A stretch of DNA of 29,882 nt from a virus (IMGVR_UViG_3300037484_000768:1-29882); one strand, 5' to 3'; counted from the first letter of the stretch, positions 1 through 7,273 are shown. Numbers and translations are program-made. Notes: generated from the letters alone by a model not told the origin.

Positions 1-102
1 AGAGCAAAGTCTATCTGAGAATGTTCATAACGGTTTATAGCTGATACAAGACCTTCGTTTGCTTGGAGGACATAATCCATAACATCTTCAGCTTCCATTG
101 TT
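1..102. repeat. Terminal direct repeat, left copy (circular assembly overlap)
   Basis: 1-102 aligns without gaps to 29781-29882, with mismatches only at positions 9, 18, 45 and 57. Confidence 0.95.
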
Positions 103-290
103 CCACGGTATCTAATATGCTTTTCTACAACAGCATATGCAAGACGCAGGTTATGATTAACAATCTTTGTTTTTAAAGATTCATCCTGGGTCTGCCTAAA
201 TGTCAGAACCATCTCATTCATTTTGGATTGAGCGATTGGGTTATGACGTTTGTTCTGTAACTTATTTTTGTATGTTGTTAAAAAATGCAT
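1..290 (-). CDS. Sigma-70 family RNA polymerase sigma factor, N-terminal part; continues across the junction to 29399 (~223 aa in total)
   Basis: Not in the ORF track. ATG at 290 gives MHFLTTYKNK...KIVNHNLRLAYAVVEKHIRYRGTMEAEDVMDYVLQANEGLVSAINRY. This resembles sigma regions 2.1/2.2 (NLRLV...DLIQEGNIGLxxAVxxF) and is in frame with the 29399-29878 ORF. Confidence 0.85.
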   Translation of the reverse strand, partial: MHFLTTYKNKLQNKRHNPIAQSKMNEMVLTFRQTQDESLKTKIVNHNLRLAYAVVEKHIRYRGTMEAEDVMDYVLQANEGLVSAINRYEHSQIDFA

Positions 291-305
291 TTGGACTGTT
301 TTATT

Positions 306-331
306 ATAAATAGTCCAAAAAATGTTTTGTT
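306..331 (-). promoter_or_regulatory. Putative phage promoter AACAAA-N12-CTATTTAT
   Basis: Plus strand ATAAATAG at 306-313 and TTTGTT at 326-331, just upstream of the sigma gene start. Confidence 0.65.
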
Positions 332-346
332 TATAATTTTATTGAA

Positions 347-1519
347 TTATTTATTTAACTCATTAATATAATCTCTAAACTCATTCCAATACTTAGCTAC
401 TGTTTTTTTGCTAATAGGGTAATGTTTAGCAACCTTTCGTATAGAAATCTTACCTAACTGCCAATCCCAGTTTTCAAGTATCTCATAAAGCTTCTGCTTG
501 CTTTCATCCTTTTTCTTGTCATTACATACTGCAAGAACAATTTCTCTCTTATCCTCTGCAGTTAATTGAGAATTCTTTTTAAAGACAATTTTTCTTTTCT
601 TATTAAACATTATTGGTTTAAGAGTTCCATCAAGTTTATATTTAAAAATTGAATCAATTATACCAAGTAACTTCTTTTCAACATATGGTTTATTGAATGC
701 AGTCTGGTGAACTCCAATAAGAACTTTTAAACAACGTTCTTTTGAAATATGTTGGTTTAGCCATACAAGGTTGTTGCAGTAACTTAAAAGAAGTCTATGT
801 GAACCTTCTGTTTGTTTTCTGATTGGTATCCAGCAGCGAACCCAATCATAACCATCCCAGTTAACTGTATAGTCACCTTCAAACTCTATTTCATCCAAAT
901 TATCAAAACGAAGTGGTTTTCTAAAAAGTGTACCCCCACCGTGAGTATATGCTTCCCCTTTAATAGGATACGAAGTATTACCCACGGATGGGGTACACTT
1001 TTCTGCTACAAAAACTTTTGCTGATTCATTGATTTGAATGTTGGGGTCAAATGAAAGAACATTGAATTGACTTGCTTTTACAGCATCATTATCTATATAA
1101 CTTGATAGACCAAGCTCATTAACAATGTTTGTATAATTAAACTTAAAGTTTTCTTTTGTGAGTCCATCAACTCTTATTATTAATCCCCAACCATAACCAC
1201 CAAATGATTTATATATAGCATATACATTTGACTTATCAACCTCATCTATATTAAAAGATGGGTCATCAATATCAATATACATTAGACCAGTTGATGAAAT
1301 TATGTTTGTGTCTTTCTTATAAGAATTATAGAAGAAGTTATATGTTACACACGGAATTTGTGTTAACTTTACTTCTTCATAATCTAAATCACCAGCACGA
1401 GCTGATTCAATCAATTCAGAAAAACTTGAGTTCTTTATTAATGAGAACCACTGACCTGCAGTTGTTCCAGAATAGACAGTAGGTGTCTTTGTGTTTAAGT
1501 AGTAATTTATTGTATTCAT
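347..1519 (-). CDS. BT4734/VirE N-terminal-like primase (AEP superfamily) with C-terminal HTH; putative replication protein
   Basis: Motifs TGLMYIDID (DxD) and YKSFGGYG, plus C-terminal ISIRKVAKHYPISKKTVAKYW (HTH-like). Confidence 0.75.
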   Translation of the reverse strand: MNTINYYLNTKTPTVYSGTTAGQWFSLIKNSSFSELIESARAGDLDYEEVKLTQIPCVTYNFFYNSYKKDTNIISSTGLMYIDIDDPSFNIDEVDKSNVYAIYKSFGGYGWGLIIRVDGLTKENFKFNYTNIVNELGLSSYIDNDAVKASQFNVLSFDPNIQINESAKVFVAEKCTPSVGNTSYPIKGEAYTHGGGTLFRKPLRFDNLDEIEFEGDYTVNWDGYDWVRCWIPIRKQTEGSHRLLLSYCNNLVWLNQHISKERCLKVLIGVHQTAFNKPYVEKKLLGIIDSIFKYKLDGTLKPIMFNKKRKIVFKKNSQLTAEDKREIVLAVCNDKKKDESKQKLYEILENWDWQLGKISIRKVAKHYPISKKTVAKYWNEFRDYINELNK

Positions 1520-1529
1520 AATCTATTTA

Positions 1530-1625
1530 TTAGCCTTTTCTAAGATTATACCCGTTTTCTCTTAGATGTATTGTTTGCCTTTAACGGGAGGCTAACCAGG
1601 GGTAATTACTCCCCTGGAACCCGCA
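1530..1625 (-). promoter_or_regulatory. Structured leader upstream of the primase gene (multiple hairpins, complementary loops)
   Basis: Minus strand hairpins CCAGGGG/CCCCTGG, GCCT-(CCCGTTAA)-AGGC and CTAAGA-(GAAAACGGGTATAA)-TCTTAG. Confidence 0.5.
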
Positions 1626-1748
1626 TATCATTTTTGATTTGTTGATGGAGATGTTATGAGCTCCATACTAAAATATATAGATACAAAAAATGAATCTCAA
1701 GGATAAACGGTCCTTTTGTTCAATAATAATCATCTTATGTTGTTTTCA

Positions 1749-2075
1749 TTAATAAATTAATTTCTTGTTCAAAATTGAACAGTTAAGGAATTTAAAGTAT
1801 TTAATATAGAATTCTTCCTCAAATGATAAATCTTCTACAGAACATTCTACAACCTGCTGGATGTTTATTGTTTTACCAGACTCAAGAGCATTATTTATAA
1901 ACTTTATCTTTTCTTTATTACCTCCATAAGAATTCTTTCTTGCATCTGACATATGTCTTGCCAATGCATCCTGTAGTCTTAAAGTTGTCTTACCTACATA
2001 AAATATAACTTCATCAATATCTAATGTATAAATATATCCTGTTTTCATCTGTTCAAATTTTAACTCATTGTTCAA
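1749..2075 (-). CDS. GIY-YIG nuclease family protein (the true start may be the ATG at 2048)
   Basis: GYIYTL...FYVGKT...RL...RH and a C-terminal EEFYI...LN pattern. Confidence 0.75.
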   Translation of the reverse strand: MNNELKFEQMKTGYIYTLDIDEVIFYVGKTTLRLQDALARHMSDARKNSYGGNKEKIKFINNALESGKTINIQQVVECSVEDLSFEEEFYIKYFKFLNCSILNKKLIY

Positions 2076-2128
2076 TATATATAAATAGAATTAAAAAAAC
2101 AATTTTCTAAAAAAAGAATATAAATAAC

Positions 2129-2159
2129 TTGCACGAATGAAATAAATGCTATAAATTTG
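2129..2159 (+). promoter_or_regulatory. Bacteroidota sigma-A type promoter (-33 TTG, -7 TAAATTTG)
   Basis: TTG at 2129-2131, a 20-nt spacer, then TAAATTTG at 2152-2159 matching TAnnTTTG; lies upstream of the first plus-strand ORF. Confidence 0.7.
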
Positions 2160-2188
2160 CTGTATACAAATTAAAAAACGAGCGAATT

Positions 2189-2524
2189 ATGAAAGAAGTA
2201 GAGATTGAATTTTCTCCAAGAGTATGGAGAGGAACCCCAACAAGTATTAGACAAGCTTGGACATCAGCAATGGGTCTTAGATTATATGAAGTTAATTTCA
2301 AAGGAAAAAGAATGTACTATGAAATATCTTCAAAACAAACCCTTCCTATCCACGTTGGAATGGAAATACGTTTTGTTGGCCACTGGAGTGGAGAAGGTTC
2401 AAAGAAATACTTTTATATAACAGAAGTCTTGGACTCTGCATATATAAATCAACTTGAGGCTGCTGAACAAGAACGTATAGTTAAAATCCTAATGGAGGAA
2501 TCTTACGAGCAGAGAGATATATAA
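2189..2524 (+). CDS. Hypothetical protein (early region)
   Basis: 111-aa ORF with an A-rich start region downstream of a host-type promoter. Confidence 0.7.
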   Translation: MKEVEIEFSPRVWRGTPTSIRQAWTSAMGLRLYEVNFKGKRMYYEISSKQTLPIHVGMEIRFVGHWSGEGSKKYFYITEVLDSAYINQLEAAEQERIVKILMEESYEQRDI

Positions 2525-2622
2525 CCTCATCCACTCATCATCAAATCTTACCGTTTATATAAAAAGTAACTTTTATTCTGAAGTTTCTTTTTTTTTATCT
2601 ATTTATATAAAAACACAAAGAG

Positions 2623-2832
2623 ATGGAAAAAGGAGAAACAAAAATGAAAACGTATGCATTGACTGAACTTTCTTTAAAAGAAGATGGCAATTATCAAGCA
2701 ACATATACTGCTGAAACAGTCAATGGAATTGAAACAGTTAAAAAGGTATATCTAATCAATGATAAGATTATACCAATAACACTTTATACAATTGAGTCAA
2801 CAATGTTAATGCACTCAGAATGCGATAAATAA
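2623..2832 (+). CDS. Hypothetical protein
   Basis: 69-aa ORF preceded by CTATTTAT at 2599-2606. Confidence 0.6.
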   Translation: MEKGETKMKTYALTELSLKEDGNYQATYTAETVNGIETVKKVYLINDKIIPITLYTIESTMLMHSECDK

Positions 2833-2839
2833 TTTATAT

Positions 2840-3262
2840 ATGGAAATTGAAGTAACAAAGAAAGAGTTCATTGAAATTAGCAGTAAATATATTTCAGATA
2901 TTGTTTATTTAAAAAGCGAACTAAACTCAAAAGGTGAATGTGGAGAAATGAGATTGGAAAATGGAATGGTTTTCATTTTTAAAAATGAAAAAGATATATA
3001 TCCAATTATTAACTGGATTCCACCTAATTGCAAAGCTGAAGATACATTGTATACAATTGATGATATTCATTCTTACATAAAAAAATATGACTATTATTAT
3101 AGAATTGCAGCTGTTGACACTGATTTCAAAACTATTGATTTAACAATTGAAGTTAAAGATTCTCCACTTAGTAGAATATATAGACCTGTAAAATTTAAGT
3201 TGAAATACACAGCATTAAATTTTGAGTATTTAAAAACTGGATTATCTAAACAAAGTAGATAA
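2840..3262 (+). CDS. Hypothetical protein
   Basis: 140-aa ORF closely following the previous gene. Confidence 0.7.
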   Translation: MEIEVTKKEFIEISSKYISDIVYLKSELNSKGECGEMRLENGMVFIFKNEKDIYPIINWIPPNCKAEDTLYTIDDIHSYIKKYDYYYRIAAVDTDFKTIDLTIEVKDSPLSRIYRPVKFKLKYTALNFEYLKTGLSKQSR

Positions 3263-3274
3263 AAATAAAGAAAC

Positions 3275-3340
3275 AAAAGCAATCCAGTTATGGGTTTTAG
3301 ACTTCGCTCGTTTGGTCCCAGGTTTTCTGGATTGCTTTTT
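3275..3340 (+). other. Long intergenic stem-loop (terminator, attenuator or structured RNA)
   Basis: Perfect 13-bp inverted repeat AAAAGCAATCCAG (3275-3287) / CTGGATTGCTTTT (3327-3339), with inner TGGG/CCCA and TAGAC/GTTTG pairings and loop TTCGCTC. Confidence 0.6.
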
Positions 3341-3356
3341 ATAATCTTAGAACAAG

Positions 3357-3530
3357 ATGGAACAATGTAAAACAGGAGGAGTTCAGGAAATTTATCTTTC
3401 AATTTTATCCAGTCAGTATAACCCAGGTGACTTAAAAAAAGTTGATGGGAAACTGAAAGTTAAAAGAAAGTATGGAAAACATAAGAGAGAAAAACTACCA
3501 ATGAATGAATGGAAATGGGTAAAATTTTAA
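3357..3530 (+). CDS. Small basic hypothetical protein (57 aa, not in ORF track)
   Basis: MEQCKTGGVQEIYLSILSSQYNPGDLKKVDGKLKVKRKYGKHKREKLPMNEWKWVKF*; fills the gap between neighbouring genes. Confidence 0.55.
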   Translation: MEQCKTGGVQEIYLSILSSQYNPGDLKKVDGKLKVKRKYGKHKREKLPMNEWKWVKF

Positions 3531-3546
3531 TAGAAAAAAAGAAAAA

Positions 3547-3936
3547 ATGATTATAGAAGTAGTATTATGGTTAACCACAAGCGCAATGTTATTTTACGCT
3601 GGTTACAAATTAGATAAAAACAATAAAGAGATTAAGTCTCTAAAAAATAAAATAGCTGATGTTGAGTTTGAGAAGTCTCACCTATTCAATCAAGTCTCAA
3701 AAACAAAGAGTGATATTAAAGTTCTTATTGGAGAAGATTCAGTTGAGAAATTTTTCCTTGTTAAAAAGTATCATTTAGAATTTGCTCTTGATGATTTCAT
3801 ATGGGCAGGTGATTCTAAAAATGAATGGAGAAAACTTGAAATGTGTGATGGTGTTCTTATTGAAACTCCTTTTATATTTTGTGATATAGATGGTATAAAA
3901 TCTGAAATTAAATCTAATAAAGATGAGGAAGAATAA
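3547..3936 (+). CDS. Hypothetical protein with N-terminal membrane anchor and coiled coil
   Basis: Hydrophobic MIIEVVLWLTTSAMLFYAGY followed by a Lys-rich helix. Confidence 0.7.
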   Translation: MIIEVVLWLTTSAMLFYAGYKLDKNNKEIKSLKNKIADVEFEKSHLFNQVSKTKSDIKVLIGEDSVEKFFLVKKYHLEFALDDFIWAGDSKNEWRKLEMCDGVLIETPFIFCDIDGIKSEIKSNKDEEE

Positions 3937-3938
3937 TT

Positions 3939-4157
3939 ATGTCAGCACCAATATCATATTTTGTTCAGCAGATACAAGGTTATCTTGCTGACATTTCAAC
4001 CAAACCAGATGTAATTAGAGTTAATATTACTCAGGAAGTTATTAATGGGAAAAGATATTATACTTATAAATTTATTCTGAAACAAGATGAAGAATCTGTG
4101 CTTGCAATTAAAGCAAGAGAAATGGGATTAGATAAATTAAATTTAGATGAATTATGA
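3939..4157 (+). CDS. Hypothetical protein
   Basis: 72 aa, tightly packed operon. Confidence 0.65.
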   Translation: MSAPISYFVQQIQGYLADISTKPDVIRVNITQEVINGKRYYTYKFILKQDEESVLAIKAREMGLDKLNLDEL

Positions 4158-4339
4158 GAGATGAGGCAATTGAAACATTAACACTTATGAAGTCTTTGGT
4201 TCCATATATGACACCAGAAGAAGTTAAAGAGTTTGAAAGAATTGAGATGAAAGCAGTTAATGCTACAGAGAAAAAAGAAGATTTAGATAACTTGATGGTT
4301 ATTCTAAGATTAATAATGGAACGTATTAATAAGAAATAA
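4154..4339 (+). CDS. Hypothetical protein
   Basis: 61 aa, ATGA overlap with the upstream gene. Confidence 0.65.
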   Translation: MRDEAIETLTLMKSLVPYMTPEEVKEFERIEMKAVNATEKKEDLDNLMVILRLIMERINKK

Positions 4340-4533
4340 TGGAAAAGAAAAAAGAATACCTTAGGTGGTTAATTACTCCACAAGATGATAATGAAAAAGT
4401 TATTTTCAAAGAAAAAGGTTTGATTGATTCCTACATTGAATTATCAAATAAAATTGATTATATGAGTGAAGAAGAATTAACAGAAGAAATAAACAATCAA
4501 ATAGAATATTTAGGATTAAAAATTGAAAAATAA
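4339..4533 (+). CDS. Hypothetical protein
   Basis: 64 aa, TAATG overlap. Confidence 0.65.
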   Translation: MEKKKEYLRWLITPQDDNEKVIFKEKGLIDSYIELSNKIDYMSEEELTEEINNQIEYLGLKIEK

Positions 4534-4534
4534 A

Positions 4535-5110
4535 ATGGAAAAAGAAACAAAATGTGAAGGATGCAATGGGTCTACAAACCCTTCAATTGTATGTAAAGAA
4601 TGTGCTGATAAGGCAAATGAATTTGTAGAACTTGATAGACAAGAAAGATTCAAAAAACAATCTTCTTATAGAAAGCTTAGAGAACAGAATGAGGCTCTCA
4701 AGAATGAAATAGGCAGACTTATGTATGACATCTCTGTCTTGATTGATGATGAGGCCCCTATGGAACAGAAATTTGCTGTTCGTACAGTTCATACTCAAGG
4801 AGTAAAAGGTGTATCAACAACTGCAGCTGGAATTGAATTTGTTGTTCCAGGAACAAAATATAACTTGGTTCAGCATATTGATTTAAAAGCAACTCAAATT
4901 GAAGATGAGAATGAATTCACAGCTCATTGCATATTCGATTCAAAACAAGAATACGAGTATGTAACAAGCAAAAAAGAGTTCTGGCTTGCTGGTAGAAACT
5001 ATATTTGTGACCAAGCAACTTTTGAAGTTCATCTTGGAACTGGGAAGATTCTTTCTGCTATGCATTTAACTAAAGTTGCAGACTCAACAGAAAATGATAA
5101 TCAAGGCTAA
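4535..5110 (+). CDS. Hypothetical protein with N-terminal CxxC...CxxC zinc-ribbon-like motif and coiled coil
   Basis: CEGC...CKEC. The ATG at 4535 is preferred over the TTG at 4523. Confidence 0.7.
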   Translation: MEKETKCEGCNGSTNPSIVCKECADKANEFVELDRQERFKKQSSYRKLREQNEALKNEIGRLMYDISVLIDDEAPMEQKFAVRTVHTQGVKGVSTTAAGIEFVVPGTKYNLVQHIDLKATQIEDENEFTAHCIFDSKQEYEYVTSKKEFWLAGRNYICDQATFEVHLGTGKILSAMHLTKVADSTENDNQG

Positions 5111-5366
5111 GATAGGATTCCATAAATCAATGTTGGACCAAGCTCCAATAAATGGAGATGACCCAATACATTTTGCTAAAGAGTGTTTGATTGAGAGGAT
5201 ATGTCTTGAAATCTCCAGCGAATTAAAGAAGAATAAAGATTGGATGATTTTAAACTCTTCTTTTGTAAATGGTAATGAGGATGATGGCAATGAATATTCA
5301 ATTATACTTTCCCTTTTCAATGAAAAAGAGATGAAAAAGATTCAGAATAAAATGAATATTAGATAA
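5094..5366 (+). CDS. Hypothetical protein
   Basis: ORF track 5076-5366 begins at TTG; the ATG at 5094 is more plausible. Confidence 0.6.
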   Translation: MIIKAKIGFHKSMLDQAPINGDDPIHFAKECLIERICLEISSELKKNKDWMILNSSFVNGNEDDGNEYSIILSLFNEKEMKKIQNKMNIR

Positions 5367-5503
5367 TGCAATCTTACCTCAGCCTGCGCTTCGCTGGTGT
5401 GGGCATATTGTTGATAACTTTTTATAAATAAATATCTATAAAATAGATTGTCAATTCAAAATAGTCCTTATCTTTACTTCATAAACAAAATAAATAATAA
5501 ATT

Positions 5504-5626
5504 ATGAATGTAACAGAAAATGAATTGTTTGTTTTTTTAGCTTGCGGGGCTATGACTTTCTTCGCAGTTGTATTTGTGATTTGGTTTTACAGAGCGTACA
5601 ACCGAAAACACAAAAAGAAAAAGTAA
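5504..5626 (+). CDS. Small single-pass membrane protein (40 aa, not in ORF track)
   Basis: MNVTENELFVFLACGAMTFFAVVFVIWFYRAYNRKHKKKK*; has its own promoter-like TTG-N18-TATCTTTA (5448-5476) and a downstream terminator. Confidence 0.7.
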   Translation: MNVTENELFVFLACGAMTFFAVVFVIWFYRAYNRKHKKKK

Positions 5627-5640
5627 GTCAAGTCAAAACA

Positions 5641-5667
5641 GGGGAGGCATAAAAAACCTCCCCTTTT
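5641..5667 (+). terminator. Rho-independent terminator
   Basis: GGGGAGG-cataaaaaa-CCTCCCC followed by TTTT. Confidence 0.8.
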
Positions 5668-5734
5668 CTATTTTGTTAATAACTATTTTTTATAAAAAGA
5701 AACATAATTCAAAAAAATCCGTATATTTACATAT

Positions 5735-6319
5735 ATGAAAACGATAACACTTATACTTGCACTTTTAACAATTGGTCTTATGTCTTGCAGAAAAGATGAA
5801 GTTAGACCTGAGAGAATTGTTATGCTTGGTGATTCAATGACACGCAGAGGTGATTGGAATTCTTTGTTAAACAAAGAAACGACAAACCTTGGTGTTGATG
5901 GAATGAAATCAACTGGTGTATTAAATAAAACTTTGATTGATGCTTTGTCTTTTAAACCTACAATGGTTTATTTAATGATTGGATTCAATGATGCAGACAA
6001 TGCAGGATTTAATGTAGATAATACAATAAACAATATAACTTCAATTTGTGATTCACTTGATAGAAACCACATTGATTTTGTTGTTCAATCTGTTATCCCC
6101 CCAACAAAAGAATACAACCAGACAATTGGAAACAATACAACCAAATCAAATGTTGATTCAATCAATGATAGACTTGAGGAATTGTGTAAAGATAAAGGAT
6201 ATAAATTTATTGATATTCGTCCTGCTTTAACAGATGGAGAATACTTAATAGAAAGCTACTCAGTTGATGGAGTTCACTTAAATGAGATGGGGTATAAGTT
6301 ATGGGCAAGTTGCCTGTAA
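5735..6319 (+). CDS. SGNH/GDSL hydrolase lipoprotein
   Basis: Lipobox LMSC after a signal peptide, and SGNH blocks GDSMT, NLGVDG, GFND and DGVHL. Confidence 0.9.
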   Translation: MKTITLILALLTIGLMSCRKDEVRPERIVMLGDSMTRRGDWNSLLNKETTNLGVDGMKSTGVLNKTLIDALSFKPTMVYLMIGFNDADNAGFNVDNTINNITSICDSLDRNHIDFVVQSVIPPTKEYNQTIGNNTTKSNVDSINDRLEELCKDKGYKFIDIRPALTDGEYLIESYSVDGVHLNEMGYKLWASCL

Positions 6320-6368
6320 CTTTTTTTTATGAGTTTATTTGTTATGTACGCATAATACAATTATAACG

Positions 6369-6397
6369 AAAAAACCCCAACCGTGATGGCTGAGGTT
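6369..6397 (-). terminator. Rho-independent terminator ending the minus-strand late transcript
   Basis: Minus strand AACCTCAGCC-atcac-GGTTGGGGTT then TTTT. The G-U pairs work only on the minus strand. Confidence 0.8.
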
Positions 6398-6532
6398 ATT
6401 CTTTTCTGTGAGGTGCCTTATGCTGCACAAAGCAAGTCCTCGTTAATTATGTTGTCGTTTGTGGAACTGGAAAGTATGCCTCTTTCGTGTTTCTTAATTT
6501 CTATATTAAGAAGTCTATTGCGTATCAGCCCC
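6369..6532 (-). ncRNA. tmRNA-like element: 5' acceptor strand, D-loop analogue and tag reading frame, lacking the T-arm/CCA half
   Basis: Begins GGGGCTGATACGCAATAGAC (compare E. coli ssrA GGGGCTGATTCTGGATTCGAC). Contains ACA AAC GAC AAC ATA ATT AAC GAG GAC TTG CTT TGT GCA GCA TAA (TNDNIINEDLLCAA*), with a helix-5-like hairpin over the stop codon. Confidence 0.65.
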
Positions 6533-7111
6533 AATATATTTCTTTATGCCAGCATAAATTGCATCTGCAATTCTATCTCTTCCATCTTCACTTGCAAGTA
6601 ATTTACATTCCTTTCTGTTTGTATAGAAAGCAGATTCAATTAGAACTGCTGGCATATTTGTATTCTTAAGCACATAAAAATGTGCTTCCTTATCTTTGTC
6701 TCCATCTGAGTTATCTGCTCTTAAGCGAATCTCTGGCATATGAATTTGATACTCTTCAATTAATACCTGTGCAATTTTATCAGATTTTGTTTGACCAACT
6801 GAAGTATACATTGAAAATCCATTTGCAGACTCAACAGAAAATGCATCAGCGTGAATGCTGAGGTAAATACACTCTTTGTTTGTCTTGTATATTTCATTTG
6901 CTCTTTTGCAACGTTCCTGCAGACTTATGTCTTTTAGTTCTGGAACAATGTTTACGTGAGGAATATCATCTCTATCAAGTAAAAGCATCAAGCGTTTTAC
7001 AATCGCTCTGTTGAATTCAAATTCAAATAACTGACTTCCGTCTTCCCAAATAGGAGAACGTTTGCCTGGTGTATCATTTCCGTGTCCGTTATCTAAAAGT
7101 ACAGTTATCAT
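6515..7111 (-). CDS. Endolysin, N-acetylmuramoyl-L-alanine amidase (Amidase_3)
   Basis: VLLDNGHG, EFEFN, LSIHADA and PAVLIESAFYTN zinc-amidase motifs. Confidence 0.93.
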   Translation of the reverse strand: MITVLLDNGHGNDTPGKRSPIWEDGSQLFEFEFNRAIVKRLMLLLDRDDIPHVNIVPELKDISLQERCKRANEIYKTNKECIYLSIHADAFSVESANGFSMYTSVGQTKSDKIAQVLIEEYQIHMPEIRLRADNSDGDKDKEAHFYVLKNTNMPAVLIESAFYTNRKECKLLASEDGRDRIADAIYAGIKKYIGADTQ

Positions 7112-7272
7112 TTTTCGCTTTTTTCTATATTTGGATAATCTCCAGAACTACCAATATAAACTGGTTGTTCTTTTTTTAACTTTGATTTAATCTCATCGTG
7201 CAAACTATCAAGTTCATCAAATAGATTTGACCATAATGCTTTAATAAGCTTTTTGTTAACTCCTTCTTCCAT
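7108..7272 (-). CDS. Small hypothetical protein in the lysis cassette (54 aa, not in ORF track)
   Basis: MEEGVNKKLIKALWSNLFDELDSLHDEIKSKLKKEQPVYIGSSGDYPNIEKSEK*; ATGA overlap with the amidase start. Confidence 0.6.
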   Translation of the reverse strand: MEEGVNKKLIKALWSNLFDELDSLHDEIKSKLKKEQPVYIGSSGDYPNIEKSEK

Positions 7273-7273
7273 T

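Noticed and set aside
1577-1595. GCC-TCCCGTTAAA-GGC as the P3/L3 of an HDV-like or theta ribozyme
   Set aside because: I could not build the required P1 and P2 helices around it, and there is no adjacent tRNA.
3357-3392. CKTGGVQEIYL as a fragment of a tail tube protein N-terminus
   Set aside because: The similarity is too short to support without a profile search.
6384-6393. TCAGCCATCA (minus) as the 3' acceptor strand for GGGGCTGA
   Set aside because: Only 6 bp pair, with no G3-U70, T-arm or CCA, and the bases are already used in the terminator stem.
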